Shown here in pieces: positions 49,191 to 61,740 of a DNA stretch of 64,000 nt. This DNA is from Hypanus sabinus (Eukaryota). The stretch lies in the NCBI RefSeq assembly GCF_030144855.1, contig NW_026781408.1, positions 62,001-126,000 on the forward strand. Direction: 5' to 3'. Both the position numbers and the translations under genes were made by a program. The notes below the pieces were generated by a model. It saw nothing but the letters and a program-made list of their open reading frames with translations, had not been told where the DNA came from and searched no databases. Within the stretch, counting starts at the first letter, position 1; each line of letters opens with the position of its first letter.

Positions 49191-50220
49191 TGTTACAAAC
49201 TGTAGCGTTTTAGAAACAAACCAGTAGCAATAGAGTTCACACTGGAGTCTGGTTTTGATGTTAAAACCATTATCTTTAGTAGTATCGACTGATAATATAG
49301 TAACTTAACGAAATAAAGGAAAGTTAACAGTGTAATGTGTATATATGTGCAAGTATAACTCCCAGACTATCGAGCCTGAGGGAACAAAGCTCAGAGTCTT
49401 GAGATGGTAAAGTATGAAAGTTCAGTAATACACGGAATAAGTTATGGGAGAAAGATATTTGTAATCCTGGGTGAAACGTAGAGAAACGGCCGTTACTAAA
49501 ATTACCGCCGTCGATGTTCTTATCCGTTGAATCCGTCCACATACGAGTTATCAGCGAAAGTGACCTGTCACAGGAATACCGTCTTCCAGGGGTTACCAAA
49601 CAACATACCCAGGCAAGGGTTAACAGAATATATTCCACAATCCACTCCTATGGATTATAGGAAGTGACAGCCACACACGTTCGTTGTGGTTCCGTGTAGC
49701 GATGATCAACCCACTCTTGTGGGCATAGGAGACTTTCAACCCTCAGCTGCGACTAANNNNNNNNNNNNNNNNNNNNNNNNNNNNNNNNNNNNNNNNNNNN
49801 NNNNNNNNNNNNNNNNNNNNNNNNNNNNNNNNNNNNNNNNNNNNNNNNNNNNNNNNNNNNNNNNNNNNNNNNNNNNNNNNNNNNNNNNNNNNNNNNNNNN
49901 NNNNNNNNNNNNNNNNNNNNNNNNNNNNNNNNNNNNNNNNNNNNNNNNNNNNNNNNNNNNNNNNNNNNNNNNNNNNNNNNNNNNNNNNNNNNNNNNNNNN
50001 NNNNNNNNNNNNNNNNNNNNNNNNNNNNNNNNNNNNNNNNNNNNNNNNNNNNNNNNNNNNNNNNNNNNNNNNNNNNNNNNNNNNNNNNNNNNNNNNNNNN
50101 NNNNNNNNNNNNNNNNNNNNNNNNNNNAGCGCTGTCAGCCTGTGACTGACGTCATAGTCCCGCCTCCTCACGCCGGCGCTCTTAAAGAAACAGTCACTGT
50201 ACGACCGCAGGCTCGTAACA
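49191..50220 (-). mobile_element. Solo LTR related to 30270-30945, inserted in a minus-strand CR1 fragment and spanning the assembly gap
   Basis: TGTTAC..CGTAACA termini and colinearity with the other solo LTR. CR1 sequence continues on both sides. Confidence 0.8.
49757..50127. other. Assembly gap (371 N)
   Basis: Run of n. Confidence 1.
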
Positions 50221-51587
50221 GCCGCAACACAACTTCCCGACTTTTGAACTCAATGCTTCAACTAATAAAGACAACCATGACATTTGCCTTCTTAATCACC
50301 CGATCAATCTGTGCAGTCTCTTTCAGGGAGCGATGAACTTGGAGTCTAAGATCCCTGTGATCATCAACACTGTTCAGGGTTTTGCATTCAACAGTGTACT
50401 GTCTCATACATTCGACCTACCGAGCTGCCAAGATGATCATCACTAATCAAATCTCACTGAGATTTCTCAGGTCCTGTTGAATTTATTGTAAAGTGCACAA
50501 GTACGGGAAGGTACAGGTACAGAGAGACACTGACTTGTAGCAGCATCACAGGCAAGTACATTCAGATAACACACGGAACACAAGTTATACGAGGCTCTGT
50601 CAGTAACAATCTATAAATATGTTTTCTGTCATCAACAATATATAAAATACATTGTGTCATGATCACTATTAAAATGTGCATTTTGTGTCAATAACAGACT
50701 TGGAAATGTTGAATGTGCTCCCTGTCTGCATTCCTCCTGTAATCCACAACCAGCTCCTTTGTTTTTATCACAACGAGGCAGAGGTTGTTTTCTTGACACC
50801 CCTGTGTCCGGGTGATGACTTCTTCTCTGTAGGCTGCCTCGTCATTATTTGGGATTCGGTCGATCAATGTAGTGCCGTCAGCAAATGTAATTAGCAGATT
50901 GGGACCCGCCACTGCAGCCCCACAGTCCACTATGTACTGATTGCAAAGCTACGAAATTGCATGTGAATAGCCTCCCCTCCACCAACTCCACTCTTTCTGC
51001 CTCACCAGCAGACTGGGACATCTCACATCTCGTTGCCTCCTCCAGGACAATAAACTGTGAACAACTGTGGTCAGGGACTGATCTCTGGGGTACTCCAAAC
51101 GCTACCTCCTTCCAGTCTGAAAACGACCCACTCATCCAGACACACACTACCGGCAGTTTATCATCTCCAACGAAAAAGCCTAATCACCTACTCCTGAGGG
51201 TCAATACCATTGCTGACTCTGAGTTTACCACCGTCAAATGCCGGGAGGGTCATAATAATCAGAAAGTCTCTAGTCACAGCCGTGTAAATAAAATGTGATC
51301 TCAGTGGGTGTGTGGCGCATGCTCAGAATGCGAATGAGACAGACAAACTGAGCCAAGTCACAGACTGATGAAGGGGAGGAAGGATCCATTTTGATACAGA
51401 GAGGGAAGCAGAGAGTTTGATGTTGTGGTTGATTCCGGAACTGTGGCCAGTTAAAAGATGAAGTCTTGTCCCCCCAAATTGTTTTGAGATGTGACAGTGT
51501 TTTTCTCTGAAGGCACCATGGAAACTAAATAATCTGAGTGGAAATGTTGTCCTTCACCCACTGACGTGGTTTGTAAACTTTTAACAG

Positions 51588-52040
51588 TTTAGAAAAGACA
51601 AAGGATTTGTGTATGGGAATCACAAACACAACAGCACGATAGTTCCGCTGTATCTGTCAGTTCACCAGCGCTTGAATGCCGCCGATCCTTGAATGTGGAG
51701 GCGGAGATGGCGGAGAAGACAACGCTCCCTCTTGCTGCAAGGAGAGCCCGAACATGTGTCCATGCCCGTTATCTGATTGGATACATCGCCCTGACGTTAT
51801 AGCAGTACTGGCTCTCATTTTGGAAGGGATTCTGTCGGCCATCGCAGATACACCAACAGCTTCGCTCTGGGAAGCGGCCGTTCACCTGCTCCATGTGTGT
51901 GAAGAGACTCATTCAGTGAACCCACCTTGTGATGCTCCGGTGTGTTTACAATAAATAGAGGCCACAGTGAGCAAAGAGTTTTACTCAATCATCCCAGCTG
52001 CTGCAACACCAACAACTTCACATCAGGGAGGAAGTTCAAA
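51588..52040 (+). pseudogene. Degenerate C2H2 zinc-finger exon remnant
   Basis: Acceptor context homologous to 40111 and 59568. RPFTCSMCVKRL with stops. Confidence 0.75.
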
Positions 52041-53624
52041 TCAGCTCCGTGTTAAATGTTTAACATCACGGCGACTGAAGGCAGCTGCAGGTTCATGAGG
52101 GACTGTTACTGTCAGATTCTGCAGTTCTTGCGGCTGCTCATCGCTCCCTGGATAGAACCCTGGTCACTGAGCATTGGAGGAGTCTGTTCTGCTGATGTTA
52201 GCCTTAAACTAGACTGGTGTTTAATATTGTGGATCTGTGAAAGATAAATCAATTCTGTATCAAATCCCATGTCGCAGGTACTTAATGTCACTGCCAAACT
52301 CACAATTTACACTAGAGCGTCCACTCGATCCATCTGGTCCCTGCCCAGGTTTCTGTTCCATATCAGTATTTTCAAATTTACCTCTCACTCTCGCTGTTGC
52401 AAGGTGTCACCACTCTGTGGGAGAAGTGATTTCCCTTGGATTTCTTAGAATCAGAGAAATCTGCAGCAAATTACAGGCCCTTCGGCCCACAATGTTGTTC
52501 CGACTGTGTACCCTACTCTAGAAAATGCCTAGAATTACCCTACCACAGAACCCTCTATTTTCCTAAGCTCCATGTACCTGTCTAAGATTATCTTAAAAGA
52601 CTCTATTGTACCCGTCTATACCACCGTCGCTGGCAGTGCAGTCCACACACCCACCACTATCTGTATAAAAAAATATATATCTCTGACTCCTCCCTTGAAC
52701 TACTTCCAAGCACCTTAAACTATGACCCCCACGTGTTCGCCATCTCGGCCCTGGGGAAAAAGCCTCTGACTTTTCACACGATCAATGCCTCTCATCATCT
52801 TATACACCTGCATGAATTTCCTGCATGATTTTCCCCTGACTAATTAACACGATGAGCTCGCTGAGTATTTGACCTTCCTCAGGGCGCTGGACTAAAGTGG
52901 GTAAATTCCTTTTTTCCCTGCTCTTTTCAAATTTTGTATCATTTTCACCAATTTCAAAGGACTGTGCCTCAGACAGCTGGGTTGTTGCAATGCACCTCTA
53001 AACCCTGACAGCGGACTGGCGAGTGAATCTTCGGTGGAGCAGAGTCAGAAAACAAAGAATTACCAGCACCAATCAGGGCTTTGAGGTTCCGGAAAGAGAT
53101 GGGGTCTGGAGGTTCCGAGCAGGAGGAGGAAGAGGAACCAGACCAGCGGGTTGTGGCTATGAAGGAAAGATGAGAAACATTTGGAAACTGGTTAATCGAA
53201 AAACAAAATGCTTAATTTCTACAAAACATTGCAGATTATCAGCAGATCAGGCAGCAAATGTGGAGAGGAATAAATAGGCAGCATATAAGCCGATCCCCTT
53301 CAGCATGTCTAGACTGTGTACTCCTCTGCTTAGTTGCTGCCTGAACCTCAGAGCCTCTTCAGCATTTTGTGTGTAATCATCTTTGTATTTCCAGCAAATG
53401 CAGAATCTCTTTTGTTTCAGATCTGTTTCAGAACACGAAATGCCTGTTGATATTGAGTGTATCGTTTATGGGAGCCGCTTTCTGCGTTAAGAAAGCTGCT
53501 GAGTTTTCTACACAGAAAAAAAAACTGAGATATGGACGTGGAACCGGTCCCTGCAGAATCTTTTAATGGCACCATACTTACCCATAAATCACCACGTTTA
53601 AAATTTCGCTGTCGTTTGAAGCAC

Positions 53625-53717
53625 CGATCAAATGCGCAGGCGTCAGGATCGCAGCCGTCTCCGATAAATACGCATGCGCGCAGTATACAAAATGTCGGGA
53701 GGATCGGAAAGGTAAGG
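53625..53717 (+). promoter_or_regulatory. Putative promoter and first exon of ZNF gene B
   Basis: TGCGCAGGCG 53633, CGCATGCGC 53671, AAAATGTCGG, donor AAG|GTAAGG at 53712. Confidence 0.65.
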
Positions 53718-54484
53718 GTTTTTCTGACTCTAATTGGGTGACAATTGCTGTGAGAACCGGAGGCTGTCGCCCGCAAACTCAGCACAGGCCAGATTTTTTC
53801 TTCTCTCTCAGCCCCACGATCCGTACACGGGCCCCGGGGAGCTTCCGGCTAATCAGGGAACGGGAGCAGATAGATCTCACAGACGGAGCTGAGCTCCAGC
53901 TATCTGAATGCAAGGATTAGGAACTCGGAAAAAGAGAACAAAATCTTTCTATCAGCTGTTGAGAAAATCACTTTTGTTCTATCTCCTACCGCAGCAAGTG
54001 AAAATCTGCAGAAGCTGGAACTCTTTTAATGCTGGAACAGCATTAGGACTCTTTTCCATAGATTCAGCCCGGCCTGCTGAGTTCCTCCAGCATTTTGTGT
54101 GTGTTGCTTGTTCTACCTCCTCTTGTTCTGGACTTTTCTACACGTGAGGACATGTTTTGACCCGTTCTGTCTTGGTACATAATGATATCAAGCACCTTTG
54201 TCCTGGGCATCAAGCAGCCTTCAAATCACAAATATGCCAGACTCTAGTGAGTCAAACTGCTGCCCTTCCCTTCATATTCATTGGCATTGCCATAACCGAG
54301 TTCATCACCGTCCGTCACTTGAGGGAGGGTTCAGTGGAAATATTTATGTAAAATACAGAAACTGGTTGTACCTGTTTGCATTTTGGTGATGCAAAATTTG
54401 CTGGAGAATTTGCAAGTGGGAAGAAGGGGAGTGATATTTGGAAGTCTGACTTTTTAAAGCATCATTTAGTAAGAAAATTGCACA

Positions 54485-55775
54485 CAGTGACATACAAAAG
54501 TCTGGGCACCCCTGCTCAAAATTCCTGTTCCTGAGAACAGCTAAGCGAGTAAAACAATGACCTGATTTCCAAAAGGCATGAATTTAAAGATGACACATTG
54601 TTTAATATTTTAAGCAAGATTACTCTTTTGCATCCATCATTTACAGTTTCAAAATAATAAAAAAGGAAAAGGGCCTGAGTTTGGACACCCTCCATAGTCA
54701 GTGCTTAGTAACAACCCCGTTGGCAAGTATCACAGCTTCTAAATACTTTCTGTCGCCAGCCAAGAGTCTTTCAATTCTTGTTTGGGGATTTTTGCCCATT
54801 CTTCCTTGCAAAAGGCTTCTAGTTCTGTGAGATTCTTGGGCCGTCTTGCATGCACTACTCTTTTGAGGTCTATCAACAGATTTTTGATGATGTTTAGGTC
54901 AGGGGCCTGTGAGGGCCATGGCAAAACCTTCAGCTTGTGCCTCCTGAGGTAGTCCATTGTGGATTTTGAGGTGTGTTTAGGATCATTATCCTGTTGTCGA
55001 AGCCATTCTCTTTTCATCTTCAGCTTTTTTACAGACGGTGTGATGTTTGCTTCCAGAATTTGCTGGTATTTAATTGGATTCCATTTCCCTATACCAGTGA
55101 AATATTCCCATGCAACTGGCTGTAACACAAGCCCAAAGCATGATCAATCCACCCCTTGCTTAACAGTTGAAGAGGTGTTCTGTTCATTCTGCACCCTTTT
55201 TTTCTCCAAACATACCATTGCTCATCGTGGCCAATAAGTTATTTTGTAACTTCATCAGTCCACAGGATTTGTTTCCAAAATGCATAAGGCTTGTTTAGAT
55301 GTCCCTTTGCAAACTTCTGATGCTGAGTTTTGTGGTGAGGATGCAGGAAATTTTTCTTCGGATGACTCTTCCATGAATGTCATATTTGTGCAGGTATTGC
55401 TGCACAGTAGAACAGTGCACCACCACTTCAGAGTCTGCTAAATATTCCTGAAGGTCTTTTGCAGTCAAACGGGGGTTTTGATTTTCCTTTCTAGCAATCC
55501 TACAAGCAGTTTTCTCGGAAGGATTTCTTGGTCTTCTGGACCTCAAAATGACCTCCACCGTTCCTGTTAACTGACATTTCTTAAGTACATTACGAACTAA
55601 GGAAATGGCTAGCTGTAAACTCTTTGCTGTCTTCTCTTGCTTTGTGGGCATTAAGTATTTTAATTTTCAGAGTGCTAGGCAGGGACTTAGCGGAGCACAT
55701 GTCTGCTGCTTGTTGGGCCAAGGTTTGTGGAGTCGGTATTTATAAGGCTTTGAAATTTGTAACACCTGGCTTTTC
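54485..55775 (-). mobile_element. Tc1-like DNA transposon relic (one TIR retained)
   Basis: TIR CAGTG..AAAAGTCTGGGCACCCC with an internal direct repeat at about 54678. Transposase fragments 55295-55651 and 54739-55128 (QQDNDPKH..WPSQAPDLNIIKN, catalytic E lost). Confidence 0.92.
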
Positions 55776-56429
55776 CACAATAACAGGCAGGACACTTTAG
55801 AAACTGTTGTAGGAGGAATTATCTGGCAGAGCTAAGTCAAAGGTGTGATAGGGGATTCGATAGTTAGGGGAACATAACTAGAAGAGGATTAACTTCCTAG
55901 TGGTAAGGCTTGCAAGTGCTAGTGGGGAGTTAAACTAAAGTTGCAGGCAGGGAGGGAACCAGAATGACAGAACAGATAATGGAGGGGGTTAATTGAATTG
56001 AATTGGCTTTATTACTTATATCCTTCATATACATGAAGAGAAAAAAACATTTACATTATGTCTCTGACTAAATGTGCAATGTGCAATTTATAGTCATAAT
56101 AAATAGTGTGTACAACAGGCAGTCAACATAACATAGAGATACAGGATGAATCAGGATGAATTAATCAGTTTGATGGCTCAGTGGAAGAAGCTGTCCCAGA
56201 GCTTGCTGGTCCTGGCTTTGGGATGTTTGCACCACTCTCTGCAGAGTCCTGTGATTGAGGGAAGTACAGTCCCCATACCAGGCAGTGACACAGCCAGTTA
56301 CAATACTCTCAATTGTAACCCTGTTGAAAGTTCTTAGGATTTAGGTCCCTATTTCAAACTTTTCAATGCTCTGAAGTGAAAGAGCACTGTTGTGTATTTG
56401 TCACCAAACAACCAGTGTGTATGGAACAT

Positions 56430-59080
56430 ATATTATGATATTGTAGCCGTTACTGGAACTTGGCTCCAGCCAACAGTCTGAGGAATTTAGAGCGACAATT
56501 TTTTCTCTGGTGATCGCAGACTATGCCAAGAAACAAAGCTTGATATATTAAGTGATTTTAATTTTCCATATATTGACTGAGACTCCTATACTGTAAAAGG
56601 GTTAGTTGGGGTAGAGTTTGTCAAATGTGCCCTTAATCGGGATGTAGAATTCCCAATGTAGAAGTGTGCAATAGGCTGTTAGGAAATGATCTAGGGCTGG
56701 TGACACAGAATAGTGTTCATAATTCCATGAGATTCCAAGTAAATATGGAAAAAGAGAGGTCTGGACCACAGGTTGAGATTCTAAATTGGAGAGAGGTCAA
56801 TTTTGATGGTGTCAGAAAGGATCTGACAAGTGTGGATTGGGACAGGCTGTTTTCTGGCAAATGTGTACTTGGTGAGTGGGAGTTCTTCAGAAGTGAAATT
56901 TTGCAGGTGTAGAGTTTGTACGTGCCTGCAAAACTAAAAGTTGAAAGGTAACTGGTGCAGGGAACCTTGGTTTTCAAGAGATATTGAGGCCCCGGATATT
57001 TTGTTCCTCTAAATACCTCAGACAGTTGGGTGCTACCAAGACTCATTAATGACTGCAATATCGTAATTCCACACCGTGAGCTCATCCGACAATTTTTTCA
57101 GTTGTCTTCTCTTGGTTTTTAAAAGCTTCCCAATAGTTTCTGCTCTTTTGTTTGCCCTCACTTTGTCTTTTATGTTGGCTTTAGCTTCTCATTTCAGCCA
57201 CAGTTGTGTCCTCATGCCTTTCCAATGCTTCCACTTCTTTGGGATGTGTCTATCACTCACCTTCCGAGTTTCTGCCAGAAACTCCAGCCATTGCTGCTCC
57301 GTCATCACTCCTACCAGATTCCCCTTCCAGACAAGTTTGGCCAGCTTCTCTGTCACAGAAACGTGGAGAAGGTCCGAACAGAAACATGCCCACTCTGGAC
57401 GATCGGAATGGTAATCTATACGGGAGACAAAATAGATGGGGGAGGTTTTAAATAGTAGTTTTGCATCTGTACTTACTCAGAAGATGGGCAAAGAGTCTAT
57501 AGAAGTGAGGCAAAGCAGCATCAACTTCATGGACCCTGTATAGATTACAGAGGTGGAAGTGTTTGCTGTCTGAAGGCAAATTAGTGTGGATAAATTCCCA
57601 GGGCTTGAAATGTAGATCCCTGGCACCCTGTGGAAGACAAGTGCAGAAATTGTTGGGATCCAAGCACAGATATTTAAATCATCCTTAGTGACAGGTGAGG
57701 TACTGGAGGATTGGAGGACAGACAATGTTGATCCACTGTTCAAGAAAAGCTCTAAAATTAAGCTAGGAAGTGATATGTTGGTGAATTTCACAGCAGTAGT
57801 GAGAAAGTCATTGGGACATATGTGCAGGAACCGGATATATAAGTATTTGGATAGATGTGGACTGATTAAGGATAGACAGCATGGCTTTGTGCATGATAGG
57901 TCATGTCTAACCAATCTAATGGAGCTACTCGAGGAAGATATCAGGAAAGTGGGTGAAGACAAGGCAAGTGGATGTTGTCTACATGGACTTTAGCAAGGCA
58001 CTTGACAAAGTCTCATATGGGAGTTTGGTCAAGAAGGTTCAGTCACTCAGCATTCAAGATGAGACAGTAAATTGAATGAGACACTGTCTTTGGGAGAAGC
58101 CAGAGTGTGGTAGCAGATGGTTGCCTCTCTGACTGGAGGCCTGTGACTAGTGGTTGCAAAAAGGATCAGTGCTGGATCTGTTGTTGTTTTTCATCTATAT
58201 CAGTAATCTGGATAGCAAATTTGTGGATGACAACAAGACTGGTGGTGTAGTGGACAGTGAGGAGGACTATCAGGGCTTTCAGTGTGATCTGGACCAGGTG
58301 GGAAAATGGTTTGAGAAATGGAAAATGGAATTTAATGCAGACCAGTGTGAGTTGTGGCACTTTGGTCTGACCTACCAAGGGAGGTCTTTCACAGTGACTG
58401 ATCGGGCACAGGGGAGTGTTATAGAAGAAAGGGACCTCTTGAAGAAGAAAGTCCTTAATTCACTGAAAGTGGTATCACAGTTAGATAGAGACGGAAGGGA
58501 AGATTTTAGCCCAATGGCCTTCATGAACAAAAATACTGACAACAAAAGATGGATGTTATGTTGACTTGCAGAAGACATTGCTGAAGCCTAATTTGGAGTA
58601 CTGAGTGCAGTTTTGTTCACAACCTACAGGAAAGATGTAAGGACTTTGAAAGAGTTCAGAGAAAATTCACAAGGATGTTGCCATGTCTGGAGGACTTGTG
58701 TTATAAGGAAAGATTGAACAGGTCAGGACTTTATTCCTTGGAATGTAGCAGATTGAGGAGAGATTTGATTGTGATAGAGGGGCATAGATAGTGTAAATGC
58801 AAGCTGGCTTTTACCACTGAGATGGGGTGGGATTACAACCAGAGGCCCTGGGTTCAGGATGAAAGGTGAAATGTTAAGGGTAACATGAGGGGAAACTTCT
58901 TCATACGGTCAGTCTTCCGGGTGTGGAATGAGCAGACAGCGCAAGAAGTGCATGCAAGCTCAATTTCAACATTTCAGAGGTTCATGTAGGTACCTGGATG
59001 GTAGGGGTATGGGAGTGGGCAGATTAAATAGTTCAGCACAAACTAGATGGCCCAAAGGGCCTGTTTCTGTGTTGTAATTT
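56430..59080. mobile_element. Nested CR1 fragments, paralogous to 36545-39615
   Basis: ORFs 56664-56912, 57688-57993 and 58154-58564 carry CR1 RT motifs. Confidence 0.85.
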
Positions 59081-59660
59081 TCTACAAGAATCTGAAATAT
59101 TACAAAAATTCACTCTGTCTTTTTAACAGCTGTGGAGACCAACCATTCACCTCAACAGGAATTTTTTATATAGCGTTAAAACTGTGGCACTTAAAGTTAA
59201 TAATACATAAAAAAAAATCCCAGATGCACATCAAGAAAGACTATTTGTGTGAGACTGTTTCAGTTACTGTGGGGCCAGGCACCCATGCAGCTTACCAGGA
59301 ACAGAGAATAATACCAATGGAGAGAGTCCAACTCAGCCAAGGTACAAATTGGAGATGGCAGAAATGCCCCATTCTTATAGAAACAGGAACAGCATTAGGG
59401 AATTGATGGTCATTCCAGACTGTGCCCAGTCAGGAGATGATTTATCTGTCCAACCTGGGTTTAACCTCACTGTATCAGTGTGATTCCAGATCAAACCTTG
59501 GCAACTCAAGTAATCACATCTGAAATGTTGTCCTAAACCCATTGATGGATTTTGTAAATCTTTTACAGGTTAAAAATGAGAAGGAATTTATCTCCAGGAA
59601 GCTCAAACATGGCACACCAGTTTTGTTGTCTCTGTCCAGATATTTAAGAAGTGGGGTGAG

Positions 59661-59750
59661 GGATTCAATCGACCATCCTTCCTGCTCAGACTGTGGGGAG
59701 GGATTCACTCGATCATCCTTCCTGCTCAGACTGTGGGGAGGGATTCACTC
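59661..59750 (+). repeat. 40-bp tandem duplication in the ZNF B leader
   Basis: GGATTCA(A/C)TCGA(C/T)CATCCTTCCTGCTCAGACTGTGGGGAG twice. Single copy in gene A. Confidence 0.9.
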
Positions 59751-60015
59751 CGTCATCTGACCAACTGGCACGCCCGTCATTTTACACAGGAGAGAGGCCG
59801 TTCACCTGCTCAGACAGTGGGAATGTATTCACTCGGTCATCACAATTGAAGGTACATCAGCACATTCACACTGGGCAAGGCCATTCACCTGTACTGTGTG
59901 TGAGAAAGGATTCAGTCAGTCTTCCCACCTGTGGACACACCAGTCAGATCACTCTGGGCAAAGGCTGGTGATCTGCTGAATATCTGGGAAAGGATTCACT
60001 CAGTCATCTGACCTA

Positions 60016-61740
60016 ATGGCACACCAGCGTGTTCACACTGGGCTGAGGCCGTTCACCTGCTCACAATGTGGGAAGGGATTCACTCAGTCATCCCACCTGC
60101 ACAGTCACAAACGAGTTCACACTGGGGAGAAGCCATTCACCTGCTCAGTCTGTGGGAAGGGATTCACTCAGTCATCCACACTACAGAGTCATCAGCGAGT
60201 TCACACTGGAGAGAGGCCATTCACCTGCTCAGAGTGTGGGAAGGGATTCACTCGGTCATCCCAACTACTGGCACACCAGCAAGTTCACACTGGGGAGTGG
60301 CCTTTCACCTGCTCAGAATGTGGGAAAGGATTCACTAAGTCATCCAGCTTACTGGTACATCAGCGAGTTCACACAGGGGAGAAGCCATTCAGCTGCTCAG
60401 TCTGTGGAAAGAGATTCATTCAGTCATCTTACCTGCAGAGTCATCAGCGAGTTCACACAGGGGAGAAGCCGTTCAGCTGCTCAGTGTGTGGGAAGAGATT
60501 CACTCAGTCATCCCACCTACAGAGTCACCAGCGAGTTCACACCGGGGAGAGGCCGTTCACCTGCTCAGACTGTGGTAAGAGATTCACTCAGTCTTCCACC
60601 CTACAGAGTCATCAACGAGTTCACACTGGGGAGAGGCCGTTCACTTGCTCAGAATGTGGGAAGAGAGTCACTGATTCATCTGCCCTACAGAGACATCAGC
60701 GAGTTCACACTGGGGAGAAGCCGTTCACCTGCTCAGAATGTGGGAAGAGATTCACTGATTCATCCACCCTACAGAAGCATCAGCGAGTTCATACTGGGGA
60801 GAAGCCATTCACCTGCTCAGAATGTGGGAAGAGATTCACTCAATTATCCAATCTACAGAGACATCATCGAGTTCACACTGGGGAGAAGCCGTTCACCTGC
60901 TCAGTCTGTGGGAAGAGATTCACTGATCCATCCACACTACTGAGTCATCAGCGAGTTCACACTGGGGAGAAGCCATTCACCTGCTCAGAATGTGGGAAGG
61001 GATTCACTCGGTCATCCTACCTACAGAGTCATCAACAAGTTCACACTGGAGAGAAGCCGTTCACCTGCACAGAATGTGGGAAGAAATTCACTTGGTCATC
61101 CACACTACAGAGTCACCAGCGATTTCACACCGGGGAGAAATCGTTCATCTGCTCAGACTGTGGGAAGGGATTCACTGACTCTTCCACCCTACAGAGACAT
61201 CAGCGAGTTCACACTGGGGAGAAGCCATTCACCTGCTCAGAATGTGGGAAGGGATTCACTCAGTCATCCCACCTACTGGAACACAAGTTAGTTCACACTG
61301 GGGAGAAGCCGTTCACCTGCGCAGAATGTGGAAAGAGATTCGCTCACTCATCCAACCTACATAGTCATCAGCGAGTTCACACTGGGGAGAAGCCGTTCAC
61401 CTGCTCAGAATGTGGGAAGAGATTCACACACTCTTCCACCCTTCAGAGACATCAGCGAGTTCACACTGGGGAGAAGCCGTTCACTTGCTCAGAATGTGGG
61501 AAGGCATTCACTCAGTCATCCCACCTACTGGCGCACCAGTCAGTTCACACTGGGGAGAGGCTGTTCACCTGCTCAGACTGTGGGAAGGGATTCACTCAGT
61601 CATCCAACCTACAGAGACATCAGCAAGTTCACACTGGGGAGAAGCCGTTCACCTGCTCAGTCTGTGGGAAAGGATTCACTCAGTCATCCCAACTACTGGA
61701 ACACAAGTCAGTTCATAGTGGGGAGTGGCCATTGTTATGA
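60016..61740 (+). CDS. Tandem C2H2 zinc-finger protein B, 574 aa, 20 fingers
   Basis: Uninterrupted ORF of canonical fingers. Acceptor TTTTACAG at 59568. The stop codon lies inside the LTR terminus. Confidence 0.95.
   Translation: MAHQRVHTGLRPFTCSQCGKGFTQSSHLHSHKRVHTGEKPFTCSVCGKGFTQSSTLQSHQRVHTGERPFTCSECGKGFTRSSQLLAHQQVHTGEWPFTCSECGKGFTKSSSLLVHQRVHTGEKPFSCSVCGKRFIQSSYLQSHQRVHTGEKPFSCSVCGKRFTQSSHLQSHQRVHTGERPFTCSDCGKRFTQSSTLQSHQRVHTGERPFTCSECGKRVTDSSALQRHQRVHTGEKPFTCSECGKRFTDSSTLQKHQRVHTGEKPFTCSECGKRFTQLSNLQRHHRVHTGEKPFTCSVCGKRFTDPSTLLSHQRVHTGEKPFTCSECGKGFTRSSYLQSHQQVHTGEKPFTCTECGKKFTWSSTLQSHQRFHTGEKSFICSDCGKGFTDSSTLQRHQRVHTGEKPFTCSECGKGFTQSSHLLEHKLVHTGEKPFTCAECGKRFAHSSNLHSHQRVHTGEKPFTCSECGKRFTHSSTLQRHQRVHTGEKPFTCSECGKAFTQSSHLLAHQSVHTGERLFTCSDCGKGFTQSSNLQRHQQVHTGEKPFTCSVCGKGFTQSSQLLEHKSVHSGEWPLL

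Noticed and set aside
49686-50336. ORFs of 216 and 142 aa
   Set aside because: Artefacts of the N run.
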